A DNA stretch of 64,000 nt from assembly GCA_963558405.1 (NCBI GenBank), contig CAUWGC010000002.1, positions 48,789 through 112,788 of the forward strand, in the 5' to 3' direction. This stretch comes from an uncultured Clostridia bacterium (lineage in GTDB: Bacteria; Bacillota; Clostridia; TANB77; CAG-508). Shown here one piece after another: positions 21,233-31,612 of the stretch. Within the stretch, counting starts at the first letter, position 1. Every line of letters starts with the position of its first letter. Under the pieces are notes generated by a model. That model was not told where the DNA came from, ran no database searches, and worked only from the letters and a program-made list of their open reading frames with translations. The translations under genes were made by a program, and so were the position numbers.

Positions 21233-22090
21233 TTACCCTTTCTTTAATGTACTAAGTTTTCTCTTAATTTGAGAAGAAAGTTCCATAGTTTTACTTGTAG
21301 TAACTATTACATTACTAATTCCACCAGTTCCACCACCAAGCATAAACTCTTGTAAGAACTTAGGTGTTTTAATCGCCATTATTATCGCAGCGATTCCAAA
21401 TAACATTTTTACATTCATTATCAGTATTATTGCGATTTTGCATAATATAATTTGTACTAAAACAGTCAAAATACTTTTTATTAGTTTTTCTGAATAAGAT
21501 TTAAAAACTCCTCCATCAGGATTTACTAAACCTACACAAGCTAGAGGAAAACCTAATTTTAATACAAACATTTCTAAGGATCTCATTAAAAATTGTATAT
21601 ATAGAACAAATAATAGTATTAAAGCAATTAAGGCTACTATTGCCGTAAATAAGCCTGAAGTTGCAATATTAGCAATAGCTGTCGTAAGTGATACATTATT
21701 AGCCATATTCATAGCCGTTAAAATAGATTCTCCAAATGACTTAGCAATTTGAATTACCCAATCATATAGAATAGAAAAGCTAATTGCTACAACTATTGCT
21801 CTTATAAAGTAAACAATATAAGTAAGTGGAGGTGTATCAGCCTCTCCATCTGTCCATAATATATACATATCAAAACCTTTTTTCAAAAACTTTAATACTA
21901 TTAAGGATATTGCCAAACTTAAAATAAGTGCTTTTAGCCCAGAAAAGTCAACTACTGTACTTCCAAAATTAGAAGATATATAGTTTTCTGAATTAAAGCA
22001 CATATCAATAAGTCCATTAAATGCAGAGTTTATAACATTATCAGCACCACCAATAATACTGGTAATTAAGCCAGTTAAAATTGATTCCAA
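21233..22090 (-). CDS. VirB6/TrbL-like T4SS membrane protein
   Basis: Polytopic; R..E...L..GFPLA pattern. Confidence 0.8.
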   Translation of the reverse strand: MESILTGLITSIIGGADNVINSAFNGLIDMCFNSENYISSNFGSTVVDFSGLKALILSLAISLIVLKFLKKGFDMYILWTDGEADTPPLTYIVYFIRAIVVAISFSILYDWVIQIAKSFGESILTAMNMANNVSLTTAIANIATSGLFTAIVALIALILLFVLYIQFLMRSLEMFVLKLGFPLACVGLVNPDGGVFKSYSEKLIKSILTVLVQIILCKIAIILIMNVKMLFGIAAIIMAIKTPKFLQEFMLGGGTGGISNVIVTTSKTMELSSQIKRKLSTLKKG

Positions 22091-22101
22091 AACGTACCTC
22101 C

Positions 22102-22470
22102 TTATCTATAATATCCAATTATTAAGTTTATAAGTCCACTAGCAACAACTACACCAACACAGCAAATTATTGCTACCTTTATTCTTGAATCCCATCTCTT
22201 GCCATCCATTTCATCACTTGATGATTTTCTAAGCAAGTAATAGCCAACTAATAATACTGTTAAAACAGGAGCAAGTATTAAGAGCCAGTTAGTTAAATCT
22301 GTTATTAAATTTTGTGTACCTGTTGCAATTTGACTGTCTTGAACTCCTGCAAAACAAGTGCTTGTTGCACAAATAAGACTTGTTGTAACAAGTCCTGCTT
22401 TTCCTATTCTTTTTGAATATTTTTTTAATTTTTCTTTTATCTTTTCCTTCATACATAAATTCTCCTTCAT
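22102..22470 (-). CDS. VirB2/TrbC-like pilin
   Basis: Signal peptide plus two TM segments, downstream of virD4. Confidence 0.7.
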   Translation of the reverse strand: MKENLCMKEKIKEKLKKYSKRIGKAGLVTTSLICATSTCFAGVQDSQIATGTQNLITDLTNWLLILAPVLTVLLVGYYLLRKSSSDEMDGKRWDSRIKVAIICCVGVVVASGLINLIIGYYR

Positions 22471-22477
22471 TGATTTT

Positions 22478-24280
22478 TTATTTATACGAATTCCAAATCC
22501 CCCATAGTTTTATATCTTCAATATCTTTTACATTTCTTTGACTTTCTCTTTCAAATCTTAATTTTCTGTTATGCTCTTGATTTCCCATTCCAAATAAACT
22601 ATTAAATTTCCATTTTGAAATATCAGGAAGTTTAGTAATAATAGGAAATAGTCCTGTTTGAATAACCAAAACATAAGGTCTTTCAATTCTAAGTATTTCA
22701 TCTTCAGTCAATAAACTTCTACTAATTAAATTTATTGATTCAGAATTACTGCCATTTTGATATTTACTATAACTACTTGATCTACTGTAACTGGAAGTAG
22801 TATAAGTTCCAAGTTTTTTTGAAATTATACTAGCTGTTTCATTACTAGCAGTTTTCAAATATATCCAAGTTTGACAGTTATCTCTAATATTTTCAGCCAC
22901 TTCACGACCATATTTATTTTCTAGTTGTGAAAATGATTGTAAAAATAAATTAAATCTTATTTTTCTACCACCTGCAACTGTAAGCATATTACTAAAAGCA
23001 GGAATAGTAGTAAAGTTTCCAAACTCATCTAAAATATAATTTACTCTTGTCTTTAATTCGCCTCCTCGTTCATCAGCACTTTCAACAAGTGAAACATAGT
23101 TCTGATATACAAAAAGTGAGGCTAAAGGATAGTAAGTAGTTTTTTCATCAGGAAGAATAATATAAGTAACTGTTTTTTCTTCCCCTGCTTGTTTTAAACT
23201 AAAATCACTTTTACAAGTCATTCCATAAATGCTTTTACTTGTAAAAAGTCTTAAAGTAGTAAGAGCTGAAGTAAAAAAAGAGCCTCTTGTTTTTTCAGGT
23301 GCAATTCTTGCAATATTAAATATTGTACTTGCAGGATGCTCAGGTGCGAGATTTTCAATGTATTTATTTATTGGCATCTGTTGTCCTGTTGTTTTGCACA
23401 TTTCTGAAATAAAAGAGTAAACATTAGTTAAATTTTGATATTCAGGGTGTTCTTTATTATCAAAAACAACACTCATAATTGCTCCTGCAATTACTGACAT
23501 TTCTCCATCTCTCCAAATTTTCTCCATCTTAGTATCTTCATTTCCAACTAAACTTTGTGTTATATCCCAAGCATATTCTTCAGCTTTTCTAAAATCATCT
23601 CTATTTACTGCATCAATTACAGGTTGTAGAAAGTTATATCTTGTACTTTTAGTAGGATTCTTAAAGTCTAAGGTTATAATTTTATACCCTAGTTCTTCTA
23701 AAAATTTTGAAGTATAGTGATATATTTCAGCTTTAGGATCTGAAATAATCATACTTTCTCCTGCTAATCCAAGATTACCAACAGTTTGTAAAACAATACT
23801 TCTAGTTTTACCACTTCTAGTAGCTCCAACAACTAAACTGTGTATATTGTCATCAATGTAGTAAATATTTTCACTATTTTTATTTTTCTCATAGCCAACA
23901 ATAATACCTCCTGAATTAAAAGTATTATTACTATCACTTAAAGTATTACATTTAAAAGTCTTTCTGAATTCTTTTTTTGTAAGCCATCTAGCTGTTCCGT
24001 GCTGTCCTTGTCCCATTATTTCAGGTGTCTTTAATTTATCTGTAATACTAACTGTTCCACTTTGAAAAACCTTCTTACTTCCAAAACCAAAAAGCATAAT
24101 AATTACAACTTCAACAAGTAAATAGACAAGAAAAAATAGTAGTAATAATTGCTTATCAACTACTATTTGTGAAATTTCTATTTTAGCAAGTTTTGTATGA
24201 ATTGTGGCACTCAAATATATGCTTAATGGAATATTAAGCATTGATAATATTGCTATAATTCCAAGTTTCTTTTTATTCAT
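22478..24280 (-). CDS. virD4: VirD4/TraG type IV coupling protein
   Basis: GATRSGKT, SDPKAE, LDEFGN, LQSFSQL. Confidence 0.93.
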   Translation of the reverse strand: MNKKKLGIIAILSMLNIPLSIYLSATIHTKLAKIEISQIVVDKQLLLLFFLVYLLVEVVIIMLFGFGSKKVFQSGTVSITDKLKTPEIMGQGQHGTARWLTKKEFRKTFKCNTLSDSNNTFNSGGIIVGYEKNKNSENIYYIDDNIHSLVVGATRSGKTRSIVLQTVGNLGLAGESMIISDPKAEIYHYTSKFLEELGYKIITLDFKNPTKSTRYNFLQPVIDAVNRDDFRKAEEYAWDITQSLVGNEDTKMEKIWRDGEMSVIAGAIMSVVFDNKEHPEYQNLTNVYSFISEMCKTTGQQMPINKYIENLAPEHPASTIFNIARIAPEKTRGSFFTSALTTLRLFTSKSIYGMTCKSDFSLKQAGEEKTVTYIILPDEKTTYYPLASLFVYQNYVSLVESADERGGELKTRVNYILDEFGNFTTIPAFSNMLTVAGGRKIRFNLFLQSFSQLENKYGREVAENIRDNCQTWIYLKTASNETASIISKKLGTYTTSSYSRSSSYSKYQNGSNSESINLISRSLLTEDEILRIERPYVLVIQTGLFPIITKLPDISKWKFNSLFGMGNQEHNRKLRFERESQRNVKDIEDIKLWGIWNSYK

Positions 24281-24632
24281 TTTCTAGCTCATCTCCTTGT
24301 TCTAAGTTATTTTCTAATTCAAATTCAACAGTATATGCTTTTATCTGTTCTTCTGTTAAATCTTTAAAGTCTTGATGTTTTTCATCATTTCCTGTAATAA
24401 TAAAATTCCCTCTAATATTTAAACCATCAATCGTTCTATTTATAGGAAGTAACTTTTTAAAAGCCTCCTCATCATAAACAATAAGAACATCTTTATATTT
24501 AATAACTTCTATATTTTGATTTCCGATTATTCTTCTTAGTGTATTAAGTCTATTAGGAATTCTTTTTAATTCAGGATTTTTAGCATTTTCAACTATGAGA
24601 ACTAACATATTCTGTTTTTCAATAATTACCAC
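24273..24632 (-). CDS. DUF3846-like protein
   Basis: LPINR...IRGNFIITG...FKDLTEEQI; resembles the C-terminal domain of the ArdA fusion. Confidence 0.65.
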   Translation of the reverse strand: MVIIEKQNMLVLIVENAKNPELKRIPNRLNTLRRIIGNQNIEVIKYKDVLIVYDEEAFKKLLPINRTIDGLNIRGNFIITGNDEKHQDFKDLTEEQIKAYTVEFELENNLEQGDELENE

Positions 24633-24635
24633 CTC

Positions 24636-25574
24636 CTAGAATTCCATTTCATCTAATTCTTCTGTGCTATAATGCATCTCAATAGCAAGTTGCTTTTTAG
24701 CACTTTCATTTAATCCAGTTAAGGTAGTTGTATCTTCAGCTTGTTTATTTCTACTTAATTGTTCAATAATGTCTACAATGTTAGAATGAATACTTTTATA
24801 AGTAACCTTCTCTTGCTTAACACCTTTAATATTTTTTCTTGCCTTTTCCTTAAAGTAAAGTTCCATATTTTCTCTTAAATACTTTTCTTTATGGAGCTTT
24901 TTATCACTACATTTATAACCAGTAGGAGTCGTATAAATAATGCTTAATTTTTCTTTACTCCAATTCACTTTATAACCTAGTTTGTTCATACCTGTAAAGA
25001 ATTCATACTTATTGTTTGATTTTTCCATAACAGAATCTATATCTTTTGTTAATAATTCTTTCCAACTAATACCTTTAATCCTTGCTTGATATTCATTTAT
25101 TTTTATATCATCAACTTTAGATTTTTGCTCTGTTATAGCAAGTCCATATTCTTTGCAAATTTGATTTGATAAATCTTTAATTTTTTGCAAGTCTTGTTTG
25201 CTTTGGTGGAACTTTAATCCATTTTCAAAATTCACAGTATTTAAAACTATATGATTATGTATGTGTTCTCTATCAATATGTGTAGCAACTACTACTTGAA
25301 AGCCTTTAAAATATTCAGCCATTCTAACTCCTATTTCGTGAGCCTGTTCGTATGTTGGTTTATCAGTAGGAGAAAATGATTGAACAAAGTGTATTTTTTC
25401 TCTACCAGTTAGCTTTTTATACATCTTCTTAACTGTCATCATTTCTTCGTAAGCAGTTTCAGGTATGCAATCTTTACCTGAAATTAGCTTTTTATCTGTT
25501 TTTTCTTCTTTGCATATATAATTTAGAGTCTTTTTTAAACTGACTTTGTTGTTAATAAATTTAATGATTGCCAT
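24636..25574 (-). CDS. MOBP-type relaxase
   Basis: LNYI, HFVQSF, HIDREHIHNHIV (3H motif). Confidence 0.92.
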   Translation of the reverse strand: MAIIKFINNKVSLKKTLNYICKEEKTDKKLISGKDCIPETAYEEMMTVKKMYKKLTGREKIHFVQSFSPTDKPTYEQAHEIGVRMAEYFKGFQVVVATHIDREHIHNHIVLNTVNFENGLKFHQSKQDLQKIKDLSNQICKEYGLAITEQKSKVDDIKINEYQARIKGISWKELLTKDIDSVMEKSNNKYEFFTGMNKLGYKVNWSKEKLSIIYTTPTGYKCSDKKLHKEKYLRENMELYFKEKARKNIKGVKQEKVTYKSIHSNIVDIIEQLSRNKQAEDTTTLTGLNESAKKQLAIEMHYSTEELDEMEF

Positions 25575-25843
25575 AATTTTTGTAACTCCTTTTTTGTACC
25601 TTCTAAATCAACACAAGTAATAATTTTGCTATTAGCAAGTCTTGTTAATTGATTGATATTATTTCCAATTCTTCTAAGTTCTGTTATCATTTCAGGTAAT
25701 TCATTTATAACTATAATCTTATTGCCAGTAGAACTTTTAATTATAAATTCTGAAATACTTTGATTAGCTTGTTTGCTCTTTAAAGTTATAGTCATTTTTT
25801 CTTCAGGAGTTACCCTAATTTCAATTCTCTCTGTTTTCTTCAA
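25535..25843 (-). CDS. mobC: MobC relaxosome protein
   Basis: N-terminal RHH, ELRRIGNNINQLTRLAN. Confidence 0.9.
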   Translation of the reverse strand: MKKTERIEIRVTPEEKMTITLKSKQANQSISEFIIKSSTGNKIIVINELPEMITELRRIGNNINQLTRLANSKIITCVDLEGTKKELQKLWQSLNLLTTKSV

Positions 25844-25869
25844 TATATCTCCTTCCTTGTGCTAATAAA

Positions 25870-25945
25870 ACTTATGTGGTGTAACCACTTGATCAAAAAA
25901 AGGTACTTTTTGCTCCCTTTGTACTGACAAAGGGGAATCTTGCTA
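25870..25945 (+). other. Putative oriT
   Basis: Inverted repeat CCCTTTGT-actg-ACAAAGGG (25915-25934) followed by ATCTTG|C (25937-25943), resembling MOBP nic sites; upstream of mobC. Confidence 0.65.
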
Positions 25946-26836
25946 TACATCGCTGTCGCTCCTAAAATAGTCATCTAATAATTTCTTAATTAAAATACTG
26001 AATTCTTTATCTGAATTAAATCGGTCTTTATATTCATTAAATACTTGCCTATTTAATTTTCCAGTAAATTTTTCTTCTTTAACTTTTTCATTTTTTAGTA
26101 TTTTTAAAACTATTTCATAAGTAATATTGTTTCGTTTTAATCTAAGTTTTTGTGCTTGAACAAGTGTTAATTTTATTTGTTCATCATCTAATGCTTGATT
26201 TATAATTTCTTGTTCTTCTTTAGATAAGTAAGAAATTTCAACTCCTGCCATAAAATTTATTTGTTCTAAATTCACTTTATTTTGTAAGGGCTTAATTAGT
26301 TCTGTAAGTCTTATATATCTATAAATTTGAGCTAAACTTGTATTATTCTCATCGTGAGAATTTTCCATTAACTCATTGATATTACTTATGTTAGGGTTGT
26401 TTTTTAATATTTCTAATTTCATTTTGTAAGCATATCCTTTTTCAACAGGAAGTATTTTATCTCTATTACAAAGATTAGTATCTATCATAATTAAGGTAGC
26501 TTTATCATCATCACAATCCACAATTTGAGCTGGAATTGTTGATAAGTGTAGTTCTTTTGAACATTCTACTCGGTTATGTCCTGAAATAATTTCATATTTT
26601 TCATTAGCTATTTTTCTAACAATAATAGGTACTAAAACTCCGTTTTCTTTAATACTTTCTAATACTTCTTGTTTTTTAGTTTCATCATACATTGAAAAAG
26701 GTTGCCTTTTTCTAAAAGCAACCAATTTGCTCAATTCAATATTTATAATATTATTACTATTTTCAACTTTCTTTGTTTCGTTCTTTTCAGGTGTTTTATC
26801 TACCACAAACTTTTTTCTTGCATCTTCTATACTCAA
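25943..26836 (-). CDS. parB: ParB/RepB/Spo0J-family protein
   Basis: SIKENGVLVPIIVR, YEIISGHNR. Confidence 0.9.
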   Translation of the reverse strand: MSIEDARKKFVVDKTPEKNETKKVENSNNIINIELSKLVAFRKRQPFSMYDETKKQEVLESIKENGVLVPIIVRKIANEKYEIISGHNRVECSKELHLSTIPAQIVDCDDDKATLIMIDTNLCNRDKILPVEKGYAYKMKLEILKNNPNISNINELMENSHDENNTSLAQIYRYIRLTELIKPLQNKVNLEQINFMAGVEISYLSKEEQEIINQALDDEQIKLTLVQAQKLRLKRNNITYEIVLKILKNEKVKEEKFTGKLNRQVFNEYKDRFNSDKEFSILIKKLLDDYFRSDSDV

Positions 26837-26847
26837 AATAATTCCTC

Positions 26848-27129
26848 CTATTCAAGTTCTATATCAGATTCCATAGAATTAGGTTTTACATATAAGTCTT
26901 GGACTTCTTCATAATGTAAATTTTCAAATTCTTTATCTGTTAAAAAGTCTTTACCCTCTAATATATCTTTATTTGTTACAAGTGATCCAATGTTATTAAC
27001 TAACACTCCTCTTTCGATTTGGTATCCATTGTCAATTTTTGAATCTCTTATATCATAATAGAATAAATTAGGATTTCTTTCTTCAATAGGTGGCTTTTCG
27101 TGTAGCCATTGTATTTTTAAACCTTCCAT
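26848..27129 (-). CDS. LPD28-like small protein
   Basis: YYDIRDS...IERGVLVNNIGSLVT. Confidence 0.5.
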   Translation of the reverse strand: MEGLKIQWLHEKPPIEERNPNLFYYDIRDSKIDNGYQIERGVLVNNIGSLVTNKDILEGKDFLTDKEFENLHYEEVQDLYVKPNSMESDIELE

Positions 27130-27130
27130 T

Positions 27131-27550
27131 TTACATCTCCATTTCTTCCTCGTATTCCAAATCTTTATTAAATTGTCCTATCTTATTTACTGCCTCAAAA
27201 ATATCTGTATTTGAGTCTATTTGTAAATAAGGAATAGTGTTTTTTAAATTATTATAAACCGTAAAAGATCCATTTATAGGATCTAAAATAATTGCATAAA
27301 AAGAAACATTTTTTGATTTTAAATCTCTGCTTGTTTCATTCCATACAATTTCATCATCATCTGAAATATTTTCTTTAGAAAAATATATCATTTCTTCTAA
27401 TTTCTTCAGTATAGTAGGATTTCTAAATATATTATCTTCAGGAAGTTCAGAATAATTATTTACAATATAATTGTATAAATAACTTTCATCAGAAAAGGCT
27501 TGTAGCATATTTAAGTTTTTACCTTTTATAAATAATTGTATATTTTTCAA
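27131..27550 (-). CDS. Hypothetical leading-region protein (ends EEEMEM)
   Basis: TTG start after AGGAGG. Confidence 0.65.
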   Translation of the reverse strand: MKNIQLFIKGKNLNMLQAFSDESYLYNYIVNNYSELPEDNIFRNPTILKKLEEMIYFSKENISDDDEIVWNETSRDLKSKNVSFYAIILDPINGSFTVYNNLKNTIPYLQIDSNTDIFEAVNKIGQFNKDLEYEEEMEM

Positions 27551-27589
27551 GTTTTACCTCCTAAAAAAGAGTTAGTATAAACTAACCCC

Positions 27590-27883
27590 TTAACTAATAC
27601 ATTCAATTAACAAATTGATTCCATCTTTAAACCCTTGTTTATAATATTTGTCTAAAGTTGCACTTTCTCTTTTTAACATATCTTCTAAAGTTAAATCTAA
27701 ATATTTGTCAATTTTATTTCTCAATCTTTGATTATAGATTTTATCAATAAGTTCTCTTAATTTTTCTTCGTTACCATCTTTTTGTATTTCGTAGCTAACC
27801 TCTTTTTCTAATTCACTTCTGTTAGCTAGAACTCCTTGCTCTCTATCCCAATAGATTGATTCTAAAAGTGTTTCTTTTGGCAT
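27590..27883 (-). CDS. Small helical protein (DUF6809-like, YxxGFxDG)
   Basis: YYKQGFKDGINL; AAGGAGG RBS. Confidence 0.6.
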   Translation of the reverse strand: MPKETLLESIYWDREQGVLANRSELEKEVSYEIQKDGNEEKLRELIDKIYNQRLRNKIDKYLDLTLEDMLKRESATLDKYYKQGFKDGINLLIECIS

Positions 27884-27907
27884 ATAATTTTACCTCCTTG
27901 TCAATGA

Positions 27908-27944
27908 ATTATATAATGATATAAAATTAAATCCAAAACCCTTT
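27908..27944 (-). promoter_or_regulatory. ICE motif promoter P3
   Basis: AAAGGGTTTTGGAT-N17-TATAAT. Confidence 0.7.
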
Positions 27945-27956
27945 TAGAAAAATTTT

Positions 27957-28448
27957 TTAAAATTCCATTTCATCTGTTTCTTCCATTGCTGAATCATCAA
28001 TCTCTTGCTTTTCCTCTTGATTTTCTTCTTTTCTATATTTTTCGACATCATTTGCAAGTTGTGTACATAGTTCTTCTTCTAACCTATCTATTTTCTTTCC
28101 TAGCATTTCTTTTGGCATACCAACTTTTTCCTCATTATAATCTGTACTTAAAAATAATGTTTTAAAATTATATATCTTTGTTCGTAATGGATAATTTCCC
28201 AATGTATAATAATCTTGCATAATCTTTTTATATGGTATTATACTTTTATGATTTCCTCTTAATTCATTCCCTTCTTGAAGTATTTTTATGATTTCTTTAT
28301 CTAATCCTTTTTGACCTTCTCTATTATAAATATCTGTTAGCCAAGTATATTTACTAGAATAAAAAGGAGCAGTATCATTACTACTTTTGTGGCTTAGATA
28401 CACTCCATCTTTTTTTATTGTAATTCTATTTATTAGCTCTCTACTCAT
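27957..28448 (-). CDS. Hypothetical leading-region protein (ends EETDEMEF)
   Basis: 163 aa, translationally coupled to the radC-like gene. Confidence 0.7.
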   Translation of the reverse strand: MSRELINRITIKKDGVYLSHKSSNDTAPFYSSKYTWLTDIYNREGQKGLDKEIIKILQEGNELRGNHKSIIPYKKIMQDYYTLGNYPLRTKIYNFKTLFLSTDYNEEKVGMPKEMLGKKIDRLEEELCTQLANDVEKYRKEENQEEKQEIDDSAMEETDEMEF

Positions 28449-29029
28449 TAAAATTCCATCTCCTCTCCATTTTCTATTTGTGCCTCTAATTCTTGAATTT
28501 TATTATTTAAAGTTTCAACTTCTCCTTTTAATTTTAAATTTTCTTCTATTAGTAATCCTTTATCTATTGCATTAGTTCTTGGATCTTCAAAGTCATTATT
28601 TATAGCCTTTATTTTACCCATACTCAAATATTGACTTTCTCCAACTATAATATGATCTGTTAGTTGAATATTAAATGCTTTTAACATTTTACCTGTAATA
28701 TTTGTTATATGTTTATCAGGTTTACTTGGCTCTAAATCATTTGAAGGATGATTATGTACTAATATCACTTTTTCACTTGCTGTTATTAAAGCTGTTCTAA
28801 CAATATATTTACTATCTACATATATTTCATTACATTTACCAACTCCAATTAAACTTATATTTCTAACATTATTTCTTGAATCTAATCCTATAAATAATAA
28901 ATGCTCTTGAACAGCATCTTTTATTTCTTGTACTTCTTTTAATTTATATACATCATCTGAACTTGCTACTTTCATAATATCTCTTTCTTCTACTGGAGGC
29001 TTTTTTTGTATTTCTATTTCTAACCCCAT
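28448..29029 (-). CDS. radC: RadC-like JAB domain protein
   Basis: QEH, ILVHNHPSNDLEPSKPD, DHIIVG. Confidence 0.9.
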   Translation of the reverse strand: MGLEIEIQKKPPVEERDIMKVASSDDVYKLKEVQEIKDAVQEHLLFIGLDSRNNVRNISLIGVGKCNEIYVDSKYIVRTALITASEKVILVHNHPSNDLEPSKPDKHITNITGKMLKAFNIQLTDHIIVGESQYLSMGKIKAINNDFEDPRTNAIDKGLLIEENLKLKGEVETLNNKIQELEAQIENGEEMEF

Positions 29030-29033
29030 ACTT

Positions 29034-30032
29034 TTAAAACTCCATTTCATCTGTTTCTTCAATTTCTTCTAAGATAATTGTTCTATCTTCTAAATCTTTC
29101 TTAATATCTTCAATTTGACTTTCTTCAACAGATTTAAAATCTCCATTTTCGTAATCATCTCCAATAATAAAACAGTTTCCTGCAATATAATCATAGTCAA
29201 ATTGTAGATTAGGTTTTAAATTTGTAATTTTACCTTCTTCATTACATATAAGAAGTAAATCATCTTTATAAGGCACAACTTCAATTAGTCCTCCAACTAA
29301 TTTTTGTTTTGCCTCTAAGGTATCTTCAATTTCCATAACAATAGGATCTTTTCCCACTTCTTTATAGACAATTCTCAACTTTTTTTCTTCAGATTCTTCT
29401 TCATCGTATCCTAGTTCTTCTTTTATTTCTTCTAAAGAATAATAATGTAAATCAATATCTCCACAAGCTCCATTTTCAAGATAACCATTTTCATATAAAC
29501 TAACATCATCATCCATACCATATTTTTCGTAGTCAAAACAATCAGTAACATAGTATTTTTCTAATATTTCATCTAAGCCATTCCATATAGCTTTAGACAT
29601 TCCATATTTTTCTTCGTTAGAAAGATTTTCTGAATTTTCTTCATAAGGATAAAAAGGTATATTATCTTCTTGTAGCATAACATTTATTATTTCTTCTATA
29701 TCATCTGTACCTTGATATTCAATATAAGCTTCAACAGCCTCCATATTATTTACTTTTTCAGATGCCATTGCTAATAAATTAAGCATATTCAAATTACTAT
29801 ATTCACTAACTTTTATTGGTAAATCAGTTTCATAATCATTTATCATATATTCTTCATAACATACACCATCTTCAGTGAGTGCTTTTTCAACTTCTTCTTG
29901 TGTTAATTGAAGTCCCACTTTTTCTCTTAAAAAAGTATCTAATTCTTTTTTAGAAACAGGAAGTTCTAACCATTCGCCAACAAGTTCTCCTTCGTTATAT
30001 TTTCCTAAGTTTCCAATCCAAACATTAAGCAT
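29034..30032 (-). CDS. ardA: ArdA antirestriction protein fused to a DUF3846-like domain
   Basis: NLGKYNEGELVGEWLELP, INDYE, FDYEKYG; C-terminal QKLVGGLIE..CNEEGK. Confidence 0.9.
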   Translation of the reverse strand: MLNVWIGNLGKYNEGELVGEWLELPVSKKELDTFLREKVGLQLTQEEVEKALTEDGVCYEEYMINDYETDLPIKVSEYSNLNMLNLLAMASEKVNNMEAVEAYIEYQGTDDIEEIINVMLQEDNIPFYPYEENSENLSNEEKYGMSKAIWNGLDEILEKYYVTDCFDYEKYGMDDDVSLYENGYLENGACGDIDLHYYSLEEIKEELGYDEEESEEKKLRIVYKEVGKDPIVMEIEDTLEAKQKLVGGLIEVVPYKDDLLLICNEEGKITNLKPNLQFDYDYIAGNCFIIGDDYENGDFKSVEESQIEDIKKDLEDRTIILEEIEETDEMEF

Positions 30033-30076
30033 ATATACTCCTTCCTAAAAAAGAGCTAGTAATACTAACTCAATTT

Positions 30077-30352
30077 TTATATTTTTTGTAAAATATCTTT
30101 CATTAGAACTTCATCAACTAAACCATCTATCATTTGCTGATATTTAGCAAGTATAGTTATTTCGTGTGTATTAGGAGCTTCATATTTTTCTTTAATTTGT
30201 TTTTCTACTTGCTCTTTCAACTCTAAAATGTACTTTTCTCGCTCAAATATCTTAATTTCAAGTTTTCCTGTAAGCTCTAACTCTTGTTTTCTATATGGAT
30301 AATTTTTTTCCATATTTGCTAAGATCATTTCTCCATACTTTCCAAAAATCAT
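30077..30352 (-). CDS. tnpV: TnpV-like protein
   Basis: GKYGEM...LELTGKL pattern. Confidence 0.6.
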   Translation of the reverse strand: MIFGKYGEMILANMEKNYPYRKQELELTGKLEIKIFEREKYILELKEQVEKQIKEKYEAPNTHEITILAKYQQMIDGLVDEVLMKDILQKI

Positions 30353-30561
30353 TTCAATTCCCTTCCTTCCATAATAAATTTTACAATACACCATAGGCTT
30401 ATACAAAACCTAGAAACAAAAAAGAGATGTTAAGAACTTTCGCTCTTTTGCATCTCTCATACTTGTTTCATTATACTTATTATACTACTTATTTTTGATA
30501 TTTCAACCTAGTCTTTTTTGTGTACTCTTTTTTGTGTGTACTTTTTTGTCTAGTATTTTTG

Positions 30562-31056
30562 TTAAACTTTTTTATCCTTTGATTTTAACTTTTCTATCTC
30601 CATATTATCTTCTAGTTCATTTAACCTTTCAAATTCATTTATCAATGTATTTATTGGAATATTCAAATCTAGTATAGGTTTTAGCATTTTTTCTAATTCA
30701 TTTATCTTCTTATCTTTTTCTTTTACTTGATATTCAAGTTGTTTTGTGTATTCATCTATTTTGTCATCATTTATTAAATATGTTTTTTCTTTTTCAAATT
30801 TTATTCCATTTACTTCGCAACTTTTATCCCAATTAGGATTTTGATATTGTTTACTTTCTTCATTAAAATTTATTCTATGTTGTAATAATAATGTTCTTAA
30901 TAAAAACTCTGTATCACGATTCACTTCATCAAATGCAGTTTCTGTAGCAATAAATACTAGGTCTTTATACATATTTCTCAAAACATCTATACTTAAATCT
31001 TCTATCGGTTGTTCCATATAATTATTATAATTTTTCTTAAAATCATCCCAAAGCAT
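30562..31056 (-). CDS. Hypothetical protein
   Basis: 164 aa ORF in operon. Confidence 0.6.
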   Translation of the reverse strand: MLWDDFKKNYNNYMEQPIEDLSIDVLRNMYKDLVFIATETAFDEVNRDTEFLLRTLLLQHRINFNEESKQYQNPNWDKSCEVNGIKFEKEKTYLINDDKIDEYTKQLEYQVKEKDKKINELEKMLKPILDLNIPINTLINEFERLNELEDNMEIEKLKSKDKKV

Positions 31057-31057
31057 A

Positions 31058-31612
31058 TTACTTTTCTCCTTCCTTTAATTTTTCTTCATAATATACAAAA
31101 ATATCATCAATTTTCCTATCTCCAAAACATCTTTTATAATCTTCTTGTTCGTTTTCTTTCCACCATTCAAATTTCTCTTTTATTTTATTTCTTACCTTTG
31201 TAGTATCTATGTTAGAATTCTTTTCTATAGCTAACAAAACATTTATACTATCCCAACCACTAATTGAGACATCAAAGTATCTTATTGCTTCATAACCAAA
31301 TTCATCTTTAGTTTCTTCTATTTTTCTATCATAAGAAATATATAAGTAGTCATCCTTAAATAAATGATTTTCCTTTACATATTCATAATATAAATCTTTT
31401 ACTCCTGAAGTTTTAACAAAACCTGTCAAATACCATATCGTTTTACTTCTAAATTTAATGTAATCCTTTGGTAGATCTTTCTCTTTAATTTTGGTAGGAT
31501 GCCATCCTAATGAATATAAATACTCGTTTTTTTCATCAATTGGTCTCCAAGTTTTTCTATCAAATTTTCCTTTTGAATACCAATATGAATTTATCTTTTT
31601 CATCTTTATCAC
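31058..31612 (-). CDS. Hypothetical protein
   Basis: 184 aa ORF overlapping the upstream stop. Confidence 0.6.
   Translation of the reverse strand: MIKMKKINSYWYSKGKFDRKTWRPIDEKNEYLYSLGWHPTKIKEKDLPKDYIKFRSKTIWYLTGFVKTSGVKDLYYEYVKENHLFKDDYLYISYDRKIEETKDEFGYEAIRYFDVSISGWDSINVLLAIEKNSNIDTTKVRNKIKEKFEWWKENEQEDYKRCFGDRKIDDIFVYYEEKLKEGEK

Noticed and set aside
30400-30560. ssDNA (Frpo-like) promoter in the leading region
   Set aside because: Only an imperfect hairpin and short TTTTGTGTAC repeats; I could not show paired -35/-10 stems.
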